From Trypanosoma brucei (Eukaryota), in contig CP000066.1 of assembly GCA_000002445.1 (NCBI GenBank), positions 1,088,001 to 1,152,000 of the forward strand: DNA of 64,000 nucleotides, read 5' to 3'. The first letter of the stretch is position 1. Each line of letters starts with the position of its first letter. This document shows positions 1-9,681 of this stretch, in pieces. The notes below the pieces were generated by a model. It had not been told where the DNA came from. It made no database searches and saw only the letters and a list, made by a program, of their open reading frames with translations. Both the position numbers and the translations under genes were made by a program.

Positions 1-131
1 TGTTTTACGTGGTGGTGCTTCGGTGCACTCGACCATGCTAGAAAAGAGCTTGGTTGTGGGTTGTACAATTGTTCGTGGTTTCATTACCCCTGCTCATCAT
101 TTCGCTTCTCAGTTAGTACTGCACGGAGGTA

Positions 132-1199
132 ATGACCTCAGTGCCGGGTGTGAACAATGCTGAGCAACGCATACTTGCAAGTTTGGCGTTGGCTGGGCAG
201 GGTGCGCTGTTACTCGCAACACTGCAGCAGGACCTCGGGCTTCACCACCGCACAATGGCTGCAGCGTTGCGGGGCTTGATGGAAGGCGGGCGGGTGGTTC
301 TGCGCCATGGGAACCGCGAGGGTGATATGTACGTTGCACTCGTGAACAGCATGCCAGAGGGGCCCTCACTGGTACTTGACGCCATACGTGCCAGTGGGAA
401 CAGCGGCATTGACCAGGCTGCGCTCTGTAGTTCCCTGCGCTTGCCTAAGGGGGAGATTATTAAATCGTTGCAGATGCTGCTATCACAGAAGCGTATTAAG
501 GAGCGTCGCTGCTTTTCCAACCGTGCAAAACGCATCTACCTCCTATTCGAGTTTGAGCCAAGTGACGAAGTGACTGGCGGGACATTCTATGGCGGAGAAG
601 ACTCCCGTGAAATGGACATAGGTTTTGTGGACGAAATGCGGCGGCGCATTATGTTACTTGTGGCTCAGCGGCATTCCGTCTCCTTGGAACAGATTACGCA
701 GCATTTGCAGGAGGCGCGCGGCGGCAGCTCTTCTGCTGATGTGAATGCCACAGCAGGGGGTACGGTCGTGATGACAACATCTCCCAACGGCACGGTGGCA
801 ACGTTACTGGGCGACAGTACTGGAAGTTGTAGTGGGGGGGGAAGTGTGGGGGCGGGCTGTGTTAAACGAATTTCTCAGCGCGATGCGCAGTTGCTCGTGC
901 AGACGTTAGTACTTGATGGTTTACTCGATTGCGTAACGCCCTCACCTGCCGTTCCCGCGCAGTACCAATTGGCCACGGGTCGGAATGTAATGAGGCACTT
1001 TTCGGCCGTGCCCACCGCTGCCGGCGCCGGCTCCGGGACGAAGTGGGTGCCGGCGCCCGTTTCACAGCCGAGTGCGTGGGCGATGCCGGCTGTCGGTCTT
1101 CCTTGCATGGGTTGTGCGCAGCTTCATGTTTGTACGGCAAGTGGCAACGGTGTGGTAAACCCACGCAACTGCGCCTACCTCAAGGAGTGGATGTCGTGA
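132..1199 (+). CDS. RPC34: DNA-directed RNA polymerase III subunit C34 (RPC6/POLR3F family)
   Basis: The 355-aa ORF has a central block 'KRIYLLFEFEPSDEVTGGTFYGGED' matching the conserved POLR3F region 'KKVYMLYNLQPDRSVTGGAWYSDQD'. Its C-terminus 'LPCMGCAQLHVCTASGNGVVNPRNCAYLKEWMS' matches the Fe-S cysteine cluster of RPC34/POLR3F ('APCGLCPVFDDC..GGEISPSNCIYMTEWL'). The comparison was recalled from memory, not searched. Confidence 0.85.
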   Translation: MTSVPGVNNAEQRILASLALAGQGALLLATLQQDLGLHHRTMAAALRGLMEGGRVVLRHGNREGDMYVALVNSMPEGPSLVLDAIRASGNSGIDQAALCSSLRLPKGEIIKSLQMLLSQKRIKERRCFSNRAKRIYLLFEFEPSDEVTGGTFYGGEDSREMDIGFVDEMRRRIMLLVAQRHSVSLEQITQHLQEARGGSSSADVNATAGGTVVMTTSPNGTVATLLGDSTGSCSGGGSVGAGCVKRISQRDAQLLVQTLVLDGLLDCVTPSPAVPAQYQLATGRNVMRHFSAVPTAAGAGSGTKWVPAPVSQPSAWAMPAVGLPCMGCAQLHVCTASGNGVVNPRNCAYLKEWMS

Positions 1200-1495
1200 C
1201 GGATCTTCCCTTCTTCTTTCTTCGCCGGATCACGCAGTAGATCTGTGCATGAGTGACTATATCCGTACAGCGAGAAAACTGCACACACCGGGGTGGTTGA
1301 GATGCAGCCCCACCATCACTTGGCATACCGCTGTTGAGGGCTCCGAGGGTGCAGGCGCTTCTGCCGTTTGCGGTCAGTGAACTTTTTCTGCATATACCAC
1401 GAGACGCACTGTATTTCCATTAAGCTTTGTTAACCGCTTTCCGTCCACGAGATTCGCCTCTCGCGAGATGTCGGCCTGCTCTTGGCACTGTCATG

Positions 1496-1600
1496 GTTCC
1501 TTGTGTTGTTATCTTCTTCTTCAGGCCACTGGTTACATTTTTGCCCATTTGTTTGCGTCTTTTTCTCATACTCTTCCGTTGCTACACATTTGCTTTATAC
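1496..1600 (+). promoter_or_regulatory. polypyrimidine tract with AG dinucleotides; probable trans-splicing acceptor region upstream of the kinase gene
   Basis: A T/C-rich run 'ttccttgtgttgttatcttcttcttcag...tctttttctcatactcttccgttgc' lies just upstream of the first in-frame ATG. This is the typical kinetoplastid arrangement of a splice-acceptor tract followed by AG. Confidence 0.4.
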
Positions 1601-1618
1601 CGCCATGAAGGGAGGAGG

Positions 1619-2761
1619 ATGGTTATTTGGTTTTCCGCTGGTGATGGTGTGGGCTTTCCCACCCCAACACCATGGGAAATTCAACCCCCACGGGGCTTAA
1701 CCTCCGCTGATGGTTGCCGAGGTGGCCTGAGGGATGGTGGGGAGCCGGCTGTAATCTCCCGTCAACAGCGACAACAAAAGCCTTCTCGGCATCAACAACA
1801 GCATCATTGTGTGAGACAGCCGAAACCGAAGGTTGTGATCCAGCAGAGTGATCTGCGTGATGAGCAATTCCAGCGGCTGAGCGTGCTGGGGGAGGGTTCG
1901 TACTCTGTTGTGGTTGCCGCCCGGCACCTCCCTTCACGTCAAGTCGTTGCGCTGAAAGAACTGTCGCGACAGCGGCTCCGTGATGCTAAGTTAGAGACTC
2001 AGCTGCAGTGGGAGATCAATCTCCACCGAACTTTGCGGCACCCCAATATTGTGCGTTTGCTCAGCTATTACATAACTCCGCGAAGTGTCGTGCTTGTGCT
2101 GGAACTATGTAGGGGTGGGTCGCTGCTGCGGAGGCTTCAGGCGACGGCGGAGAGACGATTTGACGAGGGCCGGGCGACACGTTATATTCGACATGTTGCT
2201 CAGGCACTGGCATATCTTCACGAACACGGCATTGTTCACCGTGACCTAAAGCCGGGAAATATTCTCGTCGACGCCAGAGGTGTAGCACGGCTTGCTGACT
2301 TCGGCTGGAGTAAGGGTCTTGCCGGCTCTGCAGCCGCTGCTGTGATAACAAACGGGTATGATGCGTCTGAAGTGGCGCCACGCTGCGCGGCGGGTGAAAC
2401 CGACGCATGTAGTGAGACGGAGGACGGCCACGGGAGGCTGACAGTGTGTGGGACGCTTGATTATATGCCACCAGAACTTTTGGGCGGCACGCCATGCTCC
2501 TACAAGGCTGATATGTGGTCGCTGGGTGCACTCTTGGTGGAAATACTGTCCGGACAACCGCCCTTTTACCGCACGTCTCAGCAGGAGACGTTACAGGCTA
2601 TTCAAGACGAGGGCCCGCAGCTAGATGTTGATGGTAGTGTCCTTTCACCACTTGCCCGTGATCTCGCCTTGCAGTTGCTGCAGAAAGACCCCAACGTGCG
2701 CCCGACCGCTGCCGAGGTGCTGCAGCATCCGTGGTTACGGGGAAAACGTCCTCGCGTGTGA
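1619..2761 (+). CDS. Aurora-like serine/threonine protein kinase
   Basis: The track ORF runs 1427–2761, but its first 64 codons pass through a polypyrimidine tract, so the first plausible ATG is at 1619. Kinase motifs are present: GEGSYSVV (Gly-loop), VALK, HRDLKPGNILVD, DFGWS, GTLDYMPPE and the Aurora-typical 'SGQPPFYRTSQQETLQAI'. It may be an AUK2-type orthologue, but that is inference from gene neighbourhood only. Confidence 0.8.
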   Translation: MVIWFSAGDGVGFPTPTPWEIQPPRGLTSADGCRGGLRDGGEPAVISRQQRQQKPSRHQQQHHCVRQPKPKVVIQQSDLRDEQFQRLSVLGEGSYSVVVAARHLPSRQVVALKELSRQRLRDAKLETQLQWEINLHRTLRHPNIVRLLSYYITPRSVVLVLELCRGGSLLRRLQATAERRFDEGRATRYIRHVAQALAYLHEHGIVHRDLKPGNILVDARGVARLADFGWSKGLAGSAAAAVITNGYDASEVAPRCAAGETDACSETEDGHGRLTVCGTLDYMPPELLGGTPCSYKADMWSLGALLVEILSGQPPFYRTSQQETLQAIQDEGPQLDVDGSVLSPLARDLALQLLQKDPNVRPTAAEVLQHPWLRGKRPRV

Positions 2762-3895
2762 GGTGAAGTATATATGTTTATTAATTCATACACACGCACA
2801 TATATATATAAATATATATATGTGCGTGTGTATGTGTGTGTACCTTTACTCCCATCATGTAATCACAGACAGGCAGATGCGGTCATTCAGTTATGGGAAC
2901 GTAGGTATTTGTATGGGTGCACACCTGGAGAGGACATTGGGAGGGGGAGGGGGAGGGGTCACGCGTGGGCTCTGGTTTAAGTACGTATTTGTCCAGTCGT
3001 CGTGGTCTTTGCTGTAATTTGAAATGGCAGCGCGTTTGCCATCATTACACGTACTGCCGTTGCTGCCTTCCTCAATTTGTCATATGTGCCACCAGGGGTT
3101 TTCAAAATCTATCGGGGCCTTTCCATTTCTTAGTGTATTTTTACTGATTTCGCCTTTTTTTTTTCATTGGCCCGCTTTTTGTTTTTGTTTTTTTGTTGTG
3201 GGTTTTGGTGGCTCTGCGTGTTGCTTACGCACACAAATTTGTAATGTAAAGAGGTTGTGCATAACAGTGGATACACGCCATATTTCCCTCCATGCTTCTC
3301 TTCTGTGTCCATATGTTTGTTTGTTTGTTTGTTTTTAGTTGTTATCACCTTTACATGGCCATTCAACGGGCGTAACCAGGGCCGGTGTGTAGTGGGTCGC
3401 CCCCTTTCTCACTCTCTGTCATTATTATTGTGTATATTTTGCACATTTTGTACTTTATCATGGTTCGTTTTAATATCTCTTTCATTCCCTTGTTTCATTA
3501 CCTAGTGTGTGCATCTCTCTCTGTGTATGTCTGTGTGTGTCTGTCTTTGTGTAATTTGTGCCTCCTCTTTTATCTAAAATAATATATATATATCTTTTCA
3601 CCTTTTTTTTTGGTTGACAGCGTCGGGTTGTTGTCAACAGCTTTCGCTGCGCAGGGTTTTCGCTGCCTTAACCCTGACGCTGCCGCCTCCTATTCTTTCT
3701 GCTTTAGCGGGCCTCTGCTGTGTTTGACATCAGTGTTTTGGGCCTCTTTTTCCTTTTGTGTTTTTTTAAGGAGTGTTTGTGTGTGTGTGTGGGGGGGGGG
3801 GCACTTTTTTCCTCAGAGTGAATCGCATTTTTTGTCTGTCCTAAACATATGTGCTGCGGGCTCGACATGTTCATGTCTTTACCATCGCTTTCAAT

Positions 3896-3924
3896 ATTCC
3901 TTTTTTTTTCCCCCTCTCCTGTAG
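3896..3924 (+). promoter_or_regulatory. polypyrimidine tract plus AG; probable splice acceptor for RRM protein A
   Basis: The run 'cctttttttttccccctctcctgtag' ends in AG at 3923–3924. The first downstream ATG in the long ORF frame that is free of the pyrimidine tract is at 4097. Confidence 0.4.
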
Positions 3925-4096
3925 CAACGCTTCAGTGAGTCGTTCGCACGTTATCTTTACGTTACAGAGCAAATTAACAATCAAGCGTGCCTTCACTAAA
4001 AGGAGAAAAAAAAGAACAATAAAGGAAGTAACTTACAGCGACATTATTACCCCTATTATTATAATCTCTGCACGAATTACGCGGTACCAAAAGCAC

Positions 4097-5377
4097 ATGT
4101 CCCAGGAAGGGGTTCATCCTTATTCATCTCAAAGTAACGCCGCTCCCCTTCCCATATGTCCTACCAGCCCATACGAGTGGGATATTTCTTCAGGAACTCA
4201 TGATTCCGCTGGAGAAATGATGTCTTTGAGCATCTCTCGAGAATCTCCACCGTGCCCACGACGGCATGGAAGGCGATCGGATCGGACGCAACCGCGGGGA
4301 CCCTTTGTGAAGCTACCGGAAAGCAAATTAACACCAAACGAATGCCAAAGCAAAACGAACCTAATTGTACGTAATCTTTCCAATCGCGTGGATGAAGCGG
4401 TGCTTAAGCAAATCTTTTCGCCATATGGAGAAATTCTTTCTGCGGCTGTAATGCGAAATATTCATACGGGTGACAGTCTCGGAACGGCTTTTGTGCGTTT
4501 CGCCACAACAGAACAGGCGCGTGCGGCTCTGGTGGGTTGTCATGGGCGAGTGGTTTGTGGCCGTGTGCTGTCGGTTCAATGGGCGAAGAGGCAACACGAT
4601 GGCACTCCCGTAGGCGAGGCCCGAAAGAAAATTGTGAAGTTATTCATACGTAACATTCCTTTGGATGTGGGACCTGAAGATGTGCAACGTCTCTTTGAAC
4701 GTTTCGGTACTGTGGAGAGCGTATCACTGCACAAAGACACTGCTGCTGCAACTCCCACTACTGACAACAACCGACCCCAACGCCGCATTGCATTTGTGAC
4801 ATTTACGGAATCTGGTGTTGCTGATCGTGCAGCTGAGGCTGTACACAACACTCGTCCCTTCCCATCTCATGGTTCCGTCCCATTAATGGTAAAACTTGCA
4901 GAAGATCATTCGGAGCGCCGGCTCGCTGCTGCCGCTGCTGTGGCTGGTGGAGGTTCGGGGCATAACTCCCGTCGAAGACCGGAAAATCATCAGTCAAATT
5001 CCACCTCATCCCTAACTGCAAGTTGCGTTGGAGACATGACTCCAACAATTTCCGATGCGGGTCGCTTTAGCGCAGCGTCGGTTCATGTTGCTGTTCCCGA
5101 CTCACCTGAGGCTTCCCTAATAAATAACTTGCCATTGCCACGAGGCGGTGTAAAGCAACAAAGTCAACCGAGAGAAGCGGAGCGGTCTCAGCTCCCACTT
5201 GCTGCTGTGCTCGATATTTCTTTACTTTCGTGTTGCTCAGCACTTGCAGCGGAGGGGCTTCCACACATGTCGCCGGAAACGTCGAGTGTCAGCGGAAGTG
5301 ACCGCCAATGGGCGCGGTGTTATGTGCATGATCCATACAATCCGAGCCGTTCCCGCCAATACTTGGATGAAAAGTAG
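4097..5377 (+). CDS. RNA-binding protein with two RRM domains (paralog A)
   Basis: The track ORF is 3851–5377, and the probable start is 'MSQEGVHPY' at 4097. RRM1 carries RNP2 'NLIVRNL' and RNP1 'GTAFVRF'. RRM2 carries 'KLFIRNIP' and 'RIAFVTF'. It is paralogous to the ORFs at 9682 and 22465. Confidence 0.75.
   Translation: MSQEGVHPYSSQSNAAPLPICPTSPYEWDISSGTHDSAGEMMSLSISRESPPCPRRHGRRSDRTQPRGPFVKLPESKLTPNECQSKTNLIVRNLSNRVDEAVLKQIFSPYGEILSAAVMRNIHTGDSLGTAFVRFATTEQARAALVGCHGRVVCGRVLSVQWAKRQHDGTPVGEARKKIVKLFIRNIPLDVGPEDVQRLFERFGTVESVSLHKDTAAATPTTDNNRPQRRIAFVTFTESGVADRAAEAVHNTRPFPSHGSVPLMVKLAEDHSERRLAAAAAVAGGGSGHNSRRRPENHQSNSTSSLTASCVGDMTPTISDAGRFSAASVHVAVPDSPEASLINNLPLPRGGVKQQSQPREAERSQLPLAAVLDISLLSCCSALAAEGLPHMSPETSSVSGSDRQWARCYVHDPYNPSRSRQYLDEK
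4387..4969 (+). repeat. 583-bp segment near-identical to 22569–23151 (gene-conversion tract, copy 1)
   Basis: The encoded peptide is identical to the copy at 22569–23151 from VDEAVLKQ through GGGSGHNS, except for one residue (N versus S, nucleotide 4770 a versus 22952 g). The antisense ORFs 4576–4851 and 22758–23033 are also identical. The flanks on both sides are unrelated. Confidence 0.9.
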
Positions 5378-6845
5378 TGTTTTGTACAGATGGTTAACGC
5401 GTATTATGTGTATTTGTTTTGTTTCCTTCTTTTTATTTTGCTCATGTCAGTTTATTTATTCTTTTTTTCCCCCCTCCCCCTTCCATTCTCCCTTTTTTTT
5501 TCTGTTGTTGGTATTCTTTTAATTGGTCCAACTTTTTTTCTCGTCCGCCATGTGTGTGTGTGTGTGTGTATGTGTGTTTTGTTTTTGTTTTTGTCTCCAC
5601 TGTATTTTGTATTTTCCTTCCTTCCTTCACCACACTTCTTTTTTTTTTTGTTGTCGACCACTATCTGTATTTATTTTATATCCTCATGTGTTTGTGCTTT
5701 TGCTTTGTTGTATATCCTAATATATATATATATATATAATATACGTTAACTTTATTATTATTATTATTTTACGTTATTTATTTATTATCCTCCGATTGAG
5801 CTCGTGTCTTCCCGTTTCTCTGTATTTACACATTCTTCTTTTTTTTTTCCCCCTTTCCCTCTCCTTTGCGGTTACACTTGTGTTTATTTGCTTCATTTAT
5901 TTATTCGGTTTATTTTCTCCTGGTTCGCACGTGTACTGTTTTTCTTTTTTTTTTCTTTTTTCTTCCTGTTGTGTCCCATCAGGGGGAAAATAAATTCAAT
6001 CTTATATTTTGTATTTGACTACTCTTCCCTTCTTTTTGAGTTTTTGTTTTTCTCAAATTTCTTATTTTAAAAAAAAAAGAAATAAAAAAAACAAATCTCT
6101 TTTTTTTTTTTTTGATACGTTTTTATCTCCGTGTTTATTCTTCATTTCCCAATTATTTGCTTTCCTCGGTTGTCACGGCGGTCCGCCGTCCCCTTTTTAT
6201 TTATTTGTTTTTTTCTTTTTCTTATAGACACGACTTATATTTGTGAATATATATATATATTTTTACACCTTCCTCTTGTTCTTTAGTCATTTATTTACTA
6301 TTAACTAATTAATTTCACTTTCTTTTGTTTAATTATTTTTTTAAATTTTATTTGTAGTTATTATTCCAATAAATATATAATATAAATAAATGCTTGAAGG
6401 AACTGAAGTGTGTCCAAGTGGAGACTTGTTTTTGTTTTTTTAATAAAAAGAGAAGAAGATATAGAAAGTAAAGGGATGAAACAAGAGGAAAAAAAAGGGG
6501 GAAAAGTAATGAAAGTTCCTTTTATTTTCATAATAATATATTTATATATATATATATATATTTATTTATTTATATATTTATGTATTGTTTGTTTTGTTTA
6601 TTTAATGGCAAACTTCACGTGTGCGTATGCGTGTAACGGGAGGGAAAACCAAAAAAGAGTGAAAAGGAAATATTTCTCCGTTTGTTTGTTTGTTTGTTTT
6701 TTGAGTTTCTGGTTTTAAAAGAAAAAAAGTAATACAAAACAAAATAAAGCAAAATAGCGAAATGACGAAATAAATGACATTTGTACGAAAGTCATGATAT
6801 TAATAAATATATATAATTAATCACTTCTAATGCCTGGTTTCCACC

Positions 6846-6878
6846 GTTATTATTATTATTATTATTATTATTGTTTCG
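6846..6878. repeat. (TTA)n microsatellite of about 11 units
   Basis: A ttattatta... run read directly from the sequence. Confidence 0.9.
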
Positions 6879-9681
6879 ATTGTTATGTTTCTTCCTTCCT
6901 TCTATTTTGTTTGTTTGTTCGTTTGTGTTCCGACTCAAATGAAGCGGGAGGGAAAACAACACAACACAAGACAAAACATAACGAAAAAAAAATGAAATGA
7001 AATAAAGTAAAGTAAAAGTATCGGAATCAAATGAGTTAAAACGCTGGGAGAATTAAAATGATTGAGCGAAAAGAGTAAAGGAAGAATATATATATATATA
7101 TATAGAAGGAGGAATAATGCATAAAGGAATTATGAGGTGGGGAATAAATAAATAAATAAATAAATAAATAAATGAGTGAATAAATGAATTATTGAGGGAA
7201 ATGTGGACACTACTCAGTTCATTTCCGTAACGATTCCGCGCACCTTTTTAATTTTATTATATTATTATTTATGTTGTTATTATTACTATTTTTATTATCG
7301 TTGCTTTCGTGATGCGGTCCTCTCTTCATTTCCCCTTCTTTTTTTCTCAAATAATAGTTATTTGTTGTTGTTGTTGTTTTTGCCTGTCCCCGTGTTCTTT
7401 CTTCTTGTTTCTTTTAAAAAATTTTATTCACCATTATATTAAAATTAAAATTATTATTATTATTATTGTAATATCATTATTTATTCGGTGTCTTGTTATG
7501 TCCCTCTCCCCGAAAAATAAATAATAAAAAGAAAAATAAATTAATATTTCAAATTCACGGCACTCGGAAGCGGAGGAGAAAAAGGAAATAAACAAACGAT
7601 AACAATAATAGAAAGAATAGAAATAATCAAAAATAAATTATTCATATTTATTTATTTATTCATTCATGTTAAATAATGACGAGAAGAAGTTGAAAATAAA
7701 AAAAAAATAAAACAAAAAAAAGAAAAAAGTAGAAGTAAATGAAAGGAAAACAAAAGACCGAAGTGATTTGTTTTATCTTATTTAGGGTGCTTTAAAACAT
7801 TTGGCCGACAAATACAATACGTGAAGTTATTTTCTCTTCTTTTTATTATATTTATTTTGCCTGAACCTTATTTGTTATTTAATCGCCCTTCTTTTTTCTT
7901 TTTTGTTTTTTGTTGTTGATAGCTCCTCTGAAATGAAAGAAAAAAAAACAAGATAAAAAAAAAGAAACATATATATATATATATATATATGAGCGGAAAT
8001 GTATGTTTTTTTTTTTTTTTTGGGGGGGGGTGTGTGAGGGAAAGTTTTCCCTTTCTTTCCTTTTTATTTTCTTTTCACAGTTGTTCCTCCTCACTCAAAA
8101 ACAAAACAACAACAACAAAAAAAAAAAACAGCTACTATTACTACTGCTAATTGTGTCACCATTTATTTCCTGCTATTATAATTGTTAAATGCTTCCGTTA
8201 TTATTATTGTTTTTATTATTATTGATATTAATATTATTGATTTTGTTATGGTTGAACTCCCTTAAGTACATGTGCTTCTCTTCATTTTCCCCCTCTTTTC
8301 TTCTCTTCTCTTTTCTTTTTTTTTTTCTTTCCTTTAAAAAAAAAAAATCATTTGTTTTGTTTTCTTCTTTACATATCAGCGAAGGAATTACAATAAATTA
8401 AACAGCAGCAGCGACATTTCCGTCCAGAGTTAAAAACAAAAAACAAAAACAAAACAACAACAAAGAAGGAAACTGAAGGAAGGAAGTGATCGAATTAAAG
8501 AAAGAAAAGGCAAAGGCAAAAACAAAACAAATAAAATAGTGCGAAAAGAAAGGGAAGGAAAGTGGAAAGGCAGAGAGAAAGAAAAAAAAAAGAACAAAAA
8601 AAAAAGGGAAAGAAGAGAGAGAGAGAGAGAAGAAAATAAATAAATAAAAGCGAAAGGGGAAAAGGGAATTCATTTACTTGTATTTGTACTTGTGTATTTA
8701 TAAGTAAATACAAAAGAAGAAAAAGGACCAAAAAAAAAAAAGATACAACAACAGCAGCACCCCCCCCCACACACACAAAAAAAAAAGAAGCGGAATAACA
8801 CGGACACACACAAAAGTGAAAGTGAGCGTGTCACGTGAGAAGCAACAAAAAAAAAAAGAAGAGCAAAAGGAGGGTCGGATAAGTCCTTGGGTGATTTTTT
8901 TTTTTTTTTTAAAGGAGAAAAAAGGTGCGGAAAAAAAAAAAGAAAATTAAAACAAAGGGTACGAGGCGCACTTTACCGGGCCACATTGCTTTTTTTTTTT
9001 TTCAATACCATATTTTGGTTGGTTGGTTGTTGTTGTTTTGTCTTGTGTTTCTTTTGCTCTTAAAGGGTGAGTGTAGTTGACACAACTGCAAACACAAGAA
9101 GGGAGAAGAAATAACATATACGCATTTAATAAAGGGAGACAAATACAGCAACCACCACAAAATAGCTGAAAAGGTTGCAAAGGAAGAGAGAGAGAGAGAG
9201 AAAAAAAAAACACCAACACCAACAACAACAACAACAACAAACGATCTGAGAAGTGACTGAAATCACTCGCAGCGGTTTTTGAGCGTGAGTGAACTTCACA
9301 ATACAGGCGAGAGGCAGCCGCACAGCCTCCTTTCACCCTTCACTCACGAGGGTTCCGTGAGGCAGTTAAGGAGCGTGACGAATTAATAAAAAAAAGAAAC
9401 AAGAAAAAAAAAAGAAGAGGAGGAGAAACAGCAACATCAGGTGATATAGCTGTGGGACTGTGAAGAGGAGGTTTCACACACAAGAGGGAGTGTGGTACCA
9501 AAACTATACATACAGATAAAAGCAAGTGCGCATAACCTTCAAGGGAATACGAGAGGGCGTTGTTTGTGTATTTGTTTGCGTTTTTGCGTGTGAGTTTGCG
9601 TGTGTGTGTGTCTGAGAGAGAATAGTAAAAAACAACAACAACAACAACAGCAACAAACAAACCCCAACTGCAGGGTGAGTC

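Noticed and set aside
1427-1618. N-terminal extensions of track ORFs (1427, 3851, 19544, 33026, 51242, 58103) that read through T/C-rich tracts
   Set aside because: In kinetoplastids the polypyrimidine tract plus AG is the trans-splice acceptor and lies upstream of the start codon. The extended ORFs translate these tracts, for example 'VVIFFFRPLVTFLPICLRLFLILF'. Downstream ATGs were chosen instead.
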